A stretch of DNA of 64,000 bases from Haliotis rufescens. Taxonomy: Eukaryota. The translations under genes and the position numbers were made by a program. Numbering within the stretch: the first letter of the stretch is position 1; every line of letters starts with the position of its first letter. Of this stretch, positions 1 to 11,900 are shown piece after piece. Below the pieces are notes generated by a model. It was not told the DNA's origin and ran no database searches. It was given only the letters and a program-made list of their open reading frames with translations. The stretch lies in NCBI RefSeq assembly GCF_023055435.1, contig NW_025963913.1:62001-126000 (forward strand), given 5' to 3'.

Positions 1-473
1 GGGAGCAAGCGGGTCACAGGCACTGTAACAGTGAATAGTTTACTAAACTGCCTACAAGATAATTCGTCATTTCGTTAATAGTGAAAACCAATATCTAACT
101 GTTCATTAGATTTATGTCTTTTGAAAACAAGTTCAGCATGTCTGCAGGAATTCCAAGAAGTCGAAAATGTTGTGTATCATGTTCACGTTTTGTGACATTT
201 CAACTAAAATTCCCTAAAATGTTCAGGTTACCAATCACCATCTAAAGTTAATGTGAAACTCTACAATATAACACACTGGAAATTCCGAAAATTTGAATTG
301 GTTATTGTGCAATTCTGTAATAGAAGACCTTCATACAGACAATGAAAATTGAATATGCGGTGCGGAAACATCAGCGTTTCATTGTTTGTATTGTAAACAC
401 ATTAAAACAATCACATGTTACTTTGTCACTGGTCAAAATACAAATTTCAAATACCTGTCGTAGTGGGATTCAT
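1..473 (-). CDS. Partial seventh copy of the array gene: exon 1 (455-473) and start of exon 2 (1-22), continuing off the window
   Basis: Same sequence as 8438-8910. On the minus strand: ATG AAT CCC ACT ACG ACA G|gtattt ... ttacag|TGCCTGTG. Confidence 0.65.
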
Positions 474-539
474 AGTTTTCTCCACCTCTTCAAGTCGTAC
501 ACACTTTTAGAGTCGTATTTTGCACAATAAAACTGAGAA

Positions 540-680
540 CACTTCCAGTGATAGCTCTCAAAATGGCTGACACACAGGAAGGGCTAGCTGTTGTCATGAC
601 GCCGCTACTCTAGGCAAAACCACGCATGCGTCGACTTTATGCACAACTCGGCACTTCCGTCTGCCTTACATTGTGAATAA
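540..680. promoter_or_regulatory. Putative, possibly bidirectional, promoter block present in every unit
   Basis: Locally CpG-rich, with YY1-like CAAAATGGC (559-567), ETS-like CACTTCC (540, 651) and NRF1-like CGCATGCG (about 623). It lies 70-200 bp upstream of the minus-strand ATG. About 80 bp are identical even in the diverged terminal unit (about 49543-49623). Confidence 0.5.
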
Positions 681-1031
681 AGTTAGATCTACATCAACAC
701 TTGGCAGCCATCTATACAGGGTTGAACATGGAGAAGAAACGTTGTGAAATGCGAAGGTCATTCCAAGGGAAGCTACTCTAGTACAGTTTGCTACTTAAAA
801 AGAGTTACCGTGCTTGAATGAGGATTTTATGATCGCTTGAATGAATCATAAAAAAATACTTCATGTTTGCAATGAGAGTGAGTGAGTGAGTTACTTGTGG
901 GCCACCTGTGACCCCTTTACAATGTTAAAAGAAAATACCCTGACACTACATCTGTTAAGGTTTAGGCAATTCATTACCATTGTATATAGTTATTAATAAG
1001 CAAATTACATGAACATATTATTTTCTCTCAG

Positions 1032-1246
1032 ATTTAGGGTGTGTTCAAGATTGGAACTGCCACAATGGCTACTACAGGACTCAAACAGGAGTCACCCGGA
1101 AATCCTTATCTTATGCACAATAATTCAATAGAAGGGAAGCCAACTAAGTCACTGTAACATAATTCTTTAACCTTCCCCTGGCAACAATGGTTAGTACAGA
1201 AATAAAAATCGCGCCAAGGCAAAGTTGCTCAACAGGAGTATTCAAA
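1032..1246 (+). pseudogene. Disabled coding exon of a head-to-head partner gene, present in every unit
   Basis: Acceptor ttttctctcag|, strong Kozak gccacaATGG at 1065, reading MATTGLKQESPGNPYLMHNNSIEGKPTKSL* (TAA 1155-1157), and donor caaa|gtgag at 1247. The terminal unit has CAA at this stop and reads further. Confidence 0.4.
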
Positions 1247-1259
1247 GTGAGAAAGAAAT

Positions 1260-2760
1260 AGAGGAGGAGGGGTAAAGGGAAGTCCATTGGTAGGACGGAG
1301 GTAGGGGCAGGTGGGGGAAATGGGGATTATAAGAGGAGGACAGGTGAGGGGGGTTACATTGGTAGGACGGAGGTAGGGGCAGACGGGGAAATGGAGGAGG
1401 AGAGGTGAAGGGAAGTACATTGTTAGGACGGGAGTAGGGGCAGGTGGGGAAATTGGGGACATTGGAGGAGGAGAGGTGAAGGGAAGTACACTCGTAGGCC
1501 GGGGCTAGGGGCAGGTTGGGACATGGAGGATAGGTGAAGGGAAGTACATTGGTGGGTCGGAGGTAGGGGCAGGTGGGGAAATTGAGGACATCGGAGGTGG
1601 GGAGGTGAAGGGAAGTACATTGGTAGGTCGGAGGTAGGGGCAGTCGGAGAAATGGAGGAGGAGAGGTTCAGGGAAGTACATTGCTAGGACGGGGGTAGAG
1701 GCAGATCGGGAAATAGAGGACATTGGAGGGGGAGAGGGTAAGGGAAGTACATTGGTAGGTCGTAGGTTGGGGCAGGTGGGGAAATTGAGGACATCGGAGG
1801 TGGAGAGGTGAAGTGAAGTACATTGGTAGGTCGGAGGTAGGGGCAGTCGGAGAAATGGAGGTGGAGAGGTTCAGGGAAGTTTATTGTTAGGACGGGGGTA
1901 GAGGCAGGTGGGGAAATGGAGGACATTGGAGGAGGAGAGGGTAAGGGAAGTACAATGGTAGGTCTTAGGTTGGGGCAGGTGGGGAAATGGAGGACATTGG
2001 AGGAGAGGTGAAGGAAAGTACACTGGTAGGACGGAGGAAGGGGAAAGTTGGGAAATGGAGATCATTGAAGCAGGAGAGGTGAAGGGAAGCACACTGTTAA
2101 GACGGGGTTAGGAGCAGGTGGGGAAATGGAGGACATCGGAGGAGACAGTAAGGGATGTAATTGGTGTGATGGACGTAGGAGCAAATGGGGGGAAAGGGGG
2201 ACATGGGAGTATTTGTAGAGAAGGGAAGAGCGGTGGAAGGCCTGACGTAGGTGCAGGTTGGGAAACATAACGGGGTAGATACGTCACGGAGGGGTTGAGG
2301 GAAGTACAGTGGTTGGATGGAGGTAGGAGCAAGTGGGGAAAGCAGGAGCTGGTTGAGAAATAGGAGACATGGGAGCAGGAGAGGGGAAGAAAAAGAAAAG
2401 AAAAGTGGAGGGAAACAAAGGACATGAGCGAAAGAGACAGGGGAAGGGTTGGATGATACAGAGGCAGGATTAAAGGGGAAATGGAAATTATATAGGAGTA
2501 GGACAGGGTAAGGGAAGTTTTATTGGAGAACGGAGGTCGGGGCTGGTGTGGAAATTGGGACATTAGAGTAGGAGAGAGGTGTTGTACTTTAAGGGACCGA
2601 AACTGGAGGTAGAAACTGGTCTTGAATTGGTGACATGGGAGTAGCCAAGGTGAAGGAAACTATTGTGGAAATGGTGGGAAATTAGGGTCATGTGTTATGA
2701 GAGAGGATAGGTAGTAAAGTGGGGGGACGAAGATAAGAGAAATATTGATAGAAATTGAAA
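1260..2760. repeat. G-rich, purine-skewed minisatellite with units of about 61-72 bp, degenerating rightwards. One per unit (also about 9700, 18130, 26320, 33930, 41965).
   Basis: Reiterated GGTGAAGGGAAGTACATTGGTAGG(A/T)CGGAGGTAGGGGCAGGTGGGGAAAT. Length differs between units. Confidence 0.92.
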
Positions 2761-5096
2761 TTCTGAGGTAGTTTACCATTGTCCAAAGAAGGTAAATGCG
2801 CCATCATGATACTGGTTTCTGGTTCATCATTTCATTGTCTGGTTTGTTTACATGCCCCGTGGCATGGCAGGAGTACTGCTGTGTTGTGCCAGGAAACAAA
2901 GACATACTTTCTTGTGCAAATTTGGGAGGTACTATCCGTAGTGCAGGAAATGTTTACCATTTTCGTGAACACCTGGTGTCATCAACTGATTTTCACCCTT
3001 CTGTTCATAAACTTTTAATGTCTATTTTGCCTTTACAAGCAATGGAATCTGCTTATTCAAAGGCAAGGCAAGGACGTTCAATAATTTACAGCAGTGTAAA
3101 ACCATACTCAATCCTTTAGGTTCTGTGTTACTTTAAGTTAAAGAAATTAAAAGGTAAATTGTGCTAGGTAATGACATTATTTCCGTCATGTTATATTATA
3201 AATTGGTCATAAAACCGTTTCGGATTTCATATGTCAGAAAAGGAAGTTTCATAGTTTTCATATTTTCATATGACACATTCTCTTAATAGCTGAGAGAACG
3301 GCTCTGGCAAATACATGAGCTGAAATTAAACTGTCACAATGCCACAAGTACATCTACATGAGGCAAATCTGTGTCCCACCCGTGTATTGCTCGTGAAGAA
3401 GTATATCATATGACAAAATACATACTTGCTATATCAATGCATGTATCATCAGTGGTCATCAGAGTGACCCATCTTTTGTGTCCAGATCATGAAACATTTA
3501 CCATTCACCCGTGCTTGTCTATAGAATAAGTTAGTGACAATGGCAGCTAGTTGTGAAAAGTGATCTATGGAGGACCACCTGTGACATGCATATTATATCA
3601 ACTTATGATCAGTGCTCATGAAAGTAACACCTTTTGGTTTCCATATTAGAAAACTTTTACCTGTCACCCATTCTTGTCTCAAGAATGTGTAGGTCAAATC
3701 AGCTCCTGGCTATGAATATTATATGATAAAGGACCAGCTGTGACCTGGTTCGTTGTGTGTCATTGTGATTTATCTGGTCCAGACTGAAATATCTTACATG
3801 CCGCCACAATACAGCTGTAAGATTACGAACTACTTCAATCACTCACCCATTGGTTTGTTAACCATAACATGTTCCATGTGTGTATTGCTGCATTCAGAGA
3901 AACAACTGAGGCTATAGAAGTATAATACCGCTGTATCAGGTCTATTGGTTTGGAAAATGATACAGGTACTCACTCACATCTTACCAAGTATGTTCCACAT
4001 TTGTTTTACTCGCATCAGAGGAATCCATTCTCACCTTGGCAGTCATACTAAAGCATTTCTGAGCTTTTGTCTGAGAAAATACAAAACCTCCGTCTCAATG
4101 GACATATCGTATATTGTCTCTTGTCACTATATTGTGACAATATTGCAAGTGTGAAGTAAACGTTTAACTTAATGTCAGACACAGTAATTAAAACAATTGC
4201 TCACATGTTCTCTTAATATCTGGTCCTAAGTATATGACAAATAATCTAAGTGAAATTAAAATTTGATATTCCCCCTAATAAAAGCATTTTCAGTCTCGAG
4301 TGATGCACAAACATCTCAAAGTAATATATGGTGTGGGTTAAAAGAGTGTGCCAACCCCCATTTGGTATGCTGATGCCCATATTTCAATGTTGAAAATTAT
4401 ATTTCGTCTTTTTTTTCTTGCAAGGAGTGACAATTTAATAACAGATTTGTCTCTAAGCTAATGAGCTTACTTGGCCATGCATTGTATGTGAAATACCAGT
4501 TTAATTTACTTGCATCAGCTGTGAACACTGATATTACTCATGAATCACTAATGTGACAACTTATCGTTGCAATTTATGGCTCTCGTCAGGCATTGTTTGT
4601 GCAACAATGAGGATTAAAATCACAGAATATAATGGTGGCTTTTCGTTGAAGATACAAGCTGATACTTCATGACCATTTACAACCTTGTTCATTTACAACA
4701 GTCATACACACTGAGTGACATCACCAAGACAATGCTGTTAACTATCTATAATTGGTTACTGAGTCACTTTTGCGATGCTTAGCAATGTACTTTCACTCAA
4801 AATTGTTCCTCTACTTTTACAAACCACACAATTCAACTTCAGTTGTTAAAATAAAACATAACTACTACTAAGACTGCAAAGTGATATTTTATTATGAAAC
4901 CATTGTAGACATAAGTTAGAAACAAACACATGTTTTTCAGTTACATACTAAATAAACGGCCTCGAACCTCCCCTCACAGCCGCCCCTTTCCACACCTCAC
5001 ATACACTTACAAAACTGTACAGTGACATGTTTCCACTGTATATTTTTCATTACTTGATAGTAGAGTGAATATTTAGATAATTCACAGTGAAAAAAA

Positions 5097-7090
5097 CAGG
5101 AAAGAGTAGGATAGTAGAGACAACATTAAGATAAGAGATAATACAAGTCAGGAAACTGTTGTTTAGTAGAGGGAACCTTAAGATAATAGCTAGTACAAGA
5201 CAGGAAAGAGTTGGATAGTTGAGACAACATTAAGATAATAGCTAGTACAAGACAGGGAAGAGTAGGATAGTAGGGGAAACATATAAATGGTTCAAAACAC
5301 AACGCTGGAGAGACTAGGATAGTAGAGAGTAGAACAGTAAGACAGTACATCGTACAAAACAGGAAGAGAAGGATATCAGAGACAACATTAAGATATTAGA
5401 TAGTACAAGACAGGAAACTGTAGTTTAGTAGAGGGAACATTAAGATAATAGCTAGTACAAGACAGGAAAGAGTAGGATAGTAGGGGAAACATATAGATGG
5501 TTCAAAATACAACACTGGAGAGACTAGGATAGTAGAGAGTAGAACAGTAAGACAGTACATCGTACAAAACAGGAAGAGAAGGATATCAGAGACAGCATTA
5601 AGATATTAGATAGTACAAGGCAGGAAAGTAGAGGTAGATAGTAGATGGTAGATAGTACAAAGGTGGAGAGAATGGGATAGTAGAGAGGACATTAAGATAG
5701 TAGGTAGCAGAAGGAAGGAAAGAGTATGATAGTAGAGAAAAGAAAATGAAATAGCAGACAGTACAAGTCAGGGGAGAGTAGGTTAGGAGAAACAATAAGA
5801 TAGTAGATAGTACAAGACAGGGAAGAGGATAGTAGAGGTAGATACTGATAGTAGATGGTAGATAGTACAAAGGTGGAAAGAATGGGATAGTAGAGAGGTC
5901 CCTACGATAGTAGGTAGTACGAGGAAGGAAAGAGGATGATAGTCATGGTGGTAGAGAGAATAAAATTAAATATAAGACAGCACACAGGAGAGAGTAGGAT
6001 AGTAGAGGTAGAAAGTAACTCGTAGATAGTACGAAGGTGGAGGGAATGGAATAGCAGAGAGGATATTGAGATAGTAGAAGGAAGGAAAGAGGATGATAGT
6101 AGGGGAAAAAATTAAATAGCAGACAGTACAAGGCAGGGGAGAGTAGGATAGGAGAGACAACAATAAGATAGTAGATAGTACAAGGCAGGAAAGAGTAGGA
6201 TAATAGAGATAAGAAAATTAAGATAGCAAATAGTACAAGACAGGAGATAGTAAGATAGTAAGATAGAGTAAGATAGGATAGTGTAGTGTAGGACTGTATT
6301 TAGGCTAGTGTAGGTCAGTTAGGATAGTGAATGACTGGAGAGTGCATATATGTTTGGCAGTACACAGTAGGGTAGTGTTGGACAGTAACTGAGAGGATAG
6401 TGTAGGTCAGTAGAGAGTAGGTTAGTGTAGGCCAATACAGTGCAGTGTAGGAGAGTATCCAGACAGGAAAGATAGTAGGATAGATTAGGTAAGTATAGAG
6501 TAGGGTAGTAGCGTATTACAGTAGAATAGTGTAGGATAGAATAGGATAGTACAGAAGAGGGCAGAGTACGTCAGTACATGGTTGGGTGGTTTAGGACAGT
6601 ACAAAGTAAAGAAGAGAATGACAGTGCACGGTAGAGTAGGAGTGAGTGAGTGAGTGTGTATGGTTTTCCGGAGCTTTCAGAAATATTCCAGCAATATCAC
6701 GGCGGGAGACAACCAGAAATGGGCTTCAGACACTGTACCCATGTCAGGATTCAAACCCACGTTTTCGGTGTCACAAGCAAAAGCTTTAACCACTAGGCTA
6801 CCCGACTGCCCCAGAGTAGTGTAGGAAAGTATGTAGCAGAGTAGTATATGAAAGTACATAGTAGACTGACTCGAGTAGTGTATCACATTACATGGTAGTG
6901 TAGATTAGGCCAGTACATGGTAGGGTAAGGTAGTACAGTACATAGTAGAGTAGCATAGGAGTTGTGTGTGACAGTGCACGGTAGAGTAGTGTCAGATAGT
7001 ACATAGCAGACTAGTGTAGGATAGTACATAGCACAGAAGTGTAGCACAGTAGATGGTAGTGTAGAGCACAACAGTACAAAGTAGTACAAA
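5097..7090. repeat. Degenerate purine-rich (AGTAG/GATAG-based) tandem repeat tract. One per unit (also about 13533, 21954, 29218, 37514, 45791).
   Basis: Reiterated ACAGGAAAGAGTAGGATAGTAGAGACAACATTAAGAT..TAGTACAAG, with internal duplications of about 200 bp that vary between units. Confidence 0.88.
6640..6812 (-). mobile_element. tRNA-derived SINE with (ACTC)n tail, co-amplified in every unit (also 15076-15248, 23258-23430, 30873-31045, 38925-39097, 47198-47370)
   Basis: Minus strand shows A-box TAGCCTAGTGGTT, B-box GGTTTGAATCC, 3' GCTGGAATATT and a CACTCACTC tail. A candidate TSD AGAGTAG flanks both sides. Confidence 0.82.
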
Positions 7091-7187
7091 AACAATGACT
7101 GTTAGCGAAAGACATGAAAACCATGTATAAACCTCAACCTAACTATATTCCAATCTATACCTACCTGTTCCCTGCCCCTTACACTGT

Positions 7188-8910
7188 TTAGAAAAAGTCC
7201 CTGGTGCCAGATGAGAGACTGGAGCTGTACTCAGCCAGGAGAGCTTCCAGGTCCTCAAGAGTGTCCTGGGGCTCCTCCAGTCTCGCCTGCTTTACAGCTT
7301 GGGACACCTCGCTGTTGTCATCTGGGCACTTCCTCTTGCGTGAAGGCAGGGGCTCCTTGCTGGGCTCAGATGTGGGTTTCTTCTTTTTCCTTAAAATGAG
7401 TTTGGTAAGATACAGATATTCCACATCATATTCATCATCAGAGTTTAGCTCACATCTGTCCACTGACTTGGCAGAATGTACACTTAATGTTGCAGCAGTG
7501 ACACCACCTGACTTAGGACTCTCTGGTGCTGAAACAACCTTATCCTTTACATTCTTAACAGGGACAGGGGATGTCTTGCAACCTGTACTGGGCAAGACAG
7601 ACTTTGGCTTTAAGTATGCACCATCAGCAGACAACAACTGTTCAGCAAAACTCTTAGGTGAGGCCTTAATGATACTATTTCTACCCCCAGACTTAGTGAT
7701 ACGGTTCCCCAGGGGTCTGCTCTGGGTTTTGATGTGCTGAGCGCCAAGAGGCTGAGGCACAAAGTAGGGCTTGCTCTCTGGCTGATGCTTGATCATTTTC
7801 TCCTTCAGAATGCGAGGCGTTGGCTGAGGTTTTGGCCTGAACGTGCGGGGCTTGCGTTTGCAGGGCTTGAGCTCGAGTTTCTGCTTTTGATGGACATTGG
7901 GTTTGGGGTTGCTTGTTGTAGGCATGGGAGGAGTTTCAACATGGGCCATAGACTGGGGATGAGGAACTGGACTGGGTGGGTCAAGTTGGGGCAGAACACA
8001 GGAGAAGGCCTAATGGGCGATACAGTCATTGTATCATTTTTATATTTCATGATTACTTAAGTACAATGGAAGTATATCTCTACTATAAAAGCAAGTATAA
8101 TTATCTTTTGAGTTACGTTTTATAAATCATCAAAAGAACAAGAATACTCCTGCATACCTCTGGTCTTATCAGCTCCAGGTCTAGCACTGCACTGGGCAGG
8201 CTGACAGGCAGCTGGCAGACAGGCATCATCTCCCTACGTCTATTGCAAGATGGTGGCTGGACTGCAGGAGGCAAGGGGATAGCAGTCACAGATGACTGAC
8301 CTCCAGGCTGAAGGAGTCTTGGCTGTAGGTAACCAGCATCCAGGGAGAGGTTAACAGGATTACCAGCAGGTATCCAGATAGTGTTGTTATCTATCAGACA
8401 TCTGGTCCCATCTCCCAACACCACTGTTGGCAGCCCGGGGAGCAAGCGGGTCACAGGCACTGTAACAGTGAATAGTTTACTAAACTGCCTACAAGATAAT
8501 TCGTCATTTCGTTAATAGTGAAAACCAATATCTAACTGTTCATTAGATTTATGTCTTTTGAAAACAAGTTCAGCATGTCTGCAGGAATTCCAAGAAGTCG
8601 AAAATGTTGTGTATCATGTTCACGTTTTGTGACATTTCAACTAAAATTCCCTAAAATGTTCAGGTTACCAATCACCATCTAAAGTTAATGTGAAACTCTA
8701 CAATATAACACACTGGAAATTCCGAAAATTTGAATTGGTTATTGTGCAATTCTGTAATAGAAGACCTTCATACAGACAATGAAAATTGAATATGCGGTGC
8801 GGAAACATCAGCGTTTCATTGTTTGTATTGTAAACACATTAAAACAATCACATGTTACTTTGTCACTGGTCAAAATACAAATTTCAAATACCTGTCGTAG
8901 TGGGATTCAT
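7188..8910 (-). CDS. Array gene copy 1: unrecognised 380-aa Pro/Lys-rich, probably nuclear protein; complement(join(7188..8009,8158..8459,8892..8910))
   Basis: Kozak aactATG. Phase-1 intron ACAG|gtattt...ttacag|TG and phase-0 intron GAG|gtatgc...cccattag|GCC both join in frame. Protein reads MNPTTT-VPVTRLLPG...LIRPE-AFSCVLPQ...MAHVET...SGTRDFF*. Confidence 0.75.
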
Positions 8911-11900
8911 AGTTTTCTCCACCTCTTCAAGTCGTACACACTTTTAGAGTCGTATTTTGCACAATAAAACTGAGAACACTTCCAGTGATAGCTCTCAAAA
9001 TGGCTGACACACAGGAAGGGCTAGCTGTTGTCATGACGCCGCTACTCTAGGCAAAACCACGCATGCGTCGACTTTATGCACAACTCGGCACTTCCGTCTG
9101 CCTTACATTGTGAATAAAGTTAGATCTACATCAACACTTGGCAGCCATCTATACAGGGTTGAACATGGAGAAGAAACGTTGTGAAATGCGAAGGTCATTC
9201 CAAGGGAAGCTACTCTAGTACAGTTTGCTACTTAAAAAGAGTTACCGTGCTTGAATGAGGATTTTATGATCGCTTGAATGAATCATAAAAAAATACTTCA
9301 TGTTTGCAATGAGAGTGAGTGAGTGAGTTACTTGTGGGCCACCTGTGACCCCTTTACAATGTTAAAAGAAAATACCCTGACACTACATCTGTTAAGGTTT
9401 AGGCAATTCATTACCATTGTATATAGTTATTAATAAGCAAATTACATGAACATATTATTTTCTCTCAGATTTAGGGTGTGTTCAAGATTGGAACTGCCAC
9501 AATGGCTACTACAGGACTCAAACAGGAGTCACCCGGAAATCCTTATCTTATGCACAATAATTCAATAGAAGGGAAGCCAACTAAGTCACTGTAACATAAT
9601 TCTTTAACCTTCCCCTGGCAACAATGGTTAGTACAGAAATAAAAATCGCGCCAAGGCAAAGTTGCTCAACAGGAGTATTCAAAGTGAGAAAGAAATAGAG
9701 GAGGAGGGGTAAAGGGAAGTCCATTGGTAGGACGGAGGTAGGGGCAGGTGGGGGAAATGGGGATTATAAGAGGAGGACAGGTGAGGGGGGTTACATTGGT
9801 AGGACGGAGGTAGGGGCAGACGGGGAAATGGAGGAGGAGAGGTGAAGGGAAGTACATTGTTAGGACGGGAGTAGGGGCAGGTGGGGAAATTGGGGACATT
9901 GGAGGAGGAGAGGTGAAGGGAAGTACACTCGTAGGCCGGGGCTAGGGGCAGGTTGGGACATGGAGGATAGGTGAAAGGAAGTACATTGGTGGGTCGGAGG
10001 TAGGGGCAGGTGGGGAAATTGAGGACATCGGAGGTGGGGAGGTGAAGGGAAGTACATTGGTAGGTCGGAGGTAGGGGCAGTCGGAGAAATGGAGGAGGAG
10101 AGGTTCAGGGAAGTACATTGCTAGGACGGGGGTAGAGGCAGATCGGGAAATAGAGGACATTGGAGGGGGAGAGGGTAAGGGAAGTACATTGGTAGGTCGT
10201 AGGTTGGGGCAGGTGGGGAAATTGAGGACATCGGAGGTGGAGAGGTGAAGTGAAGTACATTGGTAGGTCGGAGGTAGGGGCAGTCGGAGAAATGGAGGTG
10301 GAGAGGTTCAGGGAAGTTTATTGTTAGGACGGGGGTAGAGGCAGGTGGGGAAATGGAGGACATTGGAGGAGGAGAGGGTAAGGGAAGTACAATGGTAGGT
10401 CTTAGGTTGGGGCAGGTGGGGAAATGGAGGACATTGGAGGAGAGGTGAAGGAAAGTACACTGGTAGGACGGAGGAAGGGGAAAGTTGGGAAATGGAGATC
10501 ATTGAAGCAGGAGAGGTGAAGGGAAGCACACTGTTAAGACGGGGTTAGGAGCAGGTGGGGAAATGGAGGACATCGGAGGAGACAGTAAGGGATGTAATTG
10601 GTGTGATGGACGTAGGAGCAAATGGGGGGAAAGGGGGACATGGGAGTATTTGTAGAGAAGGGAAGAGCGGTGGAAGGCCTGACGTAGGTGCAGGTTGGGA
10701 AACATAACGGGGTAGATACGTCACGGAGGGGTTGAGGGAAGTACAGTGGTTGGATGGAGGTAGGAGCAAGTGGGGAAAGCAGGAGCTGGTTGAGAAATAG
10801 GAGACATGGGAGCAGGAGAGGGGAAGAAAAAGAAAAGAAAAGTGGAGGGAAACAAAGGTCATGAGCGAAAGAGACAGGGGAAGGGTTGGATGATACAGAG
10901 GCAGGATTAAAGGGGAAATGGAAATTATATAGGAGTAGGACAGGGTAAGGGAAGTTTTATTGGAGAACGGAGGTCGGGGCTGGTGTGGAAATTGGGACAT
11001 TAGAGTAGGAGAGAGGTGTTGTACTTTAAGGGACCGAAACTGGAGGTAGAAACTGGTCTTGAATTGGTGACATGGGAGTAGCCAAGGTGAAGGAAACTAT
11101 TGTGGAAATGGTGGGAAATTAGGGTCATGTGTTATGAGAGAGGATAGGTAGTAAAGTGGGAGGACGAAGATAAGAGAAATATTGATAGAAATTGAAATTC
11201 TGAGGTAGTTTACCATTGTCCAAAGAAGGTAAATGCGCCATCATGATACTGGTTTCTGGTTCATCATTTCATTGTCTGGTTTGTTTACATGCCCCGTGGC
11301 ATGGCAGGAGTACTGCTGTGTTGTGCCAGGAAACAAAGACATACTTTCTTGTGCAAATTTGGGAGGTACTATCCGTAGTGCAGGAAATGTTTACCATTTT
11401 CGTGAACACCTGGTGTCATCAACTGATTTTCACCCTTCTGTTCATAAACTTTTAATGTCTATTTTGCCTTTACAAGCAATGGAATCTGCTTATTCAAAGG
11501 CAAGGCAAGGACGTTCAATAATTTACAGCAGTGTAAAACCATACTCAATCCTTTAGGTTCTGTGTTACTTTAAGTTAAAGAAATTAAAAGGTAAATTGTG
11601 CTAGGTAATGACATTATTTCCGTCATGTTATATTATAAATTGGTCATAAAACCGTTTCGGATTTCATATGTCAGAAAAGGAAGTTTCATAGTTTTCATAT
11701 TTTCATATGACACATTCTCTTAATAGCTGAGAGAACGGCTCTGGCAAATACATGAGCTGAAATTAAACTGTCACAATGCCACAAGTACATCTACATGAGG
11801 CAAATCTGTGTCCCACCCGTGTATTGCTCGTGAAGAAGTATATCATATGACAAAATACATACTTGCTATATCAATGCATGTATCATCAGTGGTCATCAGA

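Noticed and set aside
342-530. 62-aa plus-strand ORF in every unit
   Set aside because: It overlaps exon 1 and intron 1 in antisense and is disrupted in the edge unit.
1229-2563. Multiple Pro/Ser-rich minus-strand ORFs (also in the other units and at 50231-51804)
   Set aside because: They are translations of the C-rich strand of the minisatellite, open in several frames and with frames that change between units.
2779-3119. 107-aa ORF with a signal-peptide-like start and Cys residues
   Set aside because: No recognisable family. The end shifts in unit 5 and the region is rearranged in the edge unit. Persistence is explained by recent duplication.
6740-6812. Possible tRNA gene
   Set aside because: A and B boxes are present, but it continues into a SINE body with a simple-repeat tail and has no clean acceptor stem.
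5126-7095. Leu/Tyr/Ser-rich hydrophobic ORFs
   Set aside because: They come from the low-complexity repeat and the SINE, and are not conserved in frame between units.
7395-7445. EYDVEYL resembling a chromodomain start
   Set aside because: The downstream chromodomain core (Y-x-VKW-x-G) is absent.
7204-8060. 178-aa, 108-aa and 62-aa plus-strand ORFs and the 81-aa alternative-frame ORF
   Set aside because: They are shadows of the minus-strand exon 3 and have no independent splice or start support.
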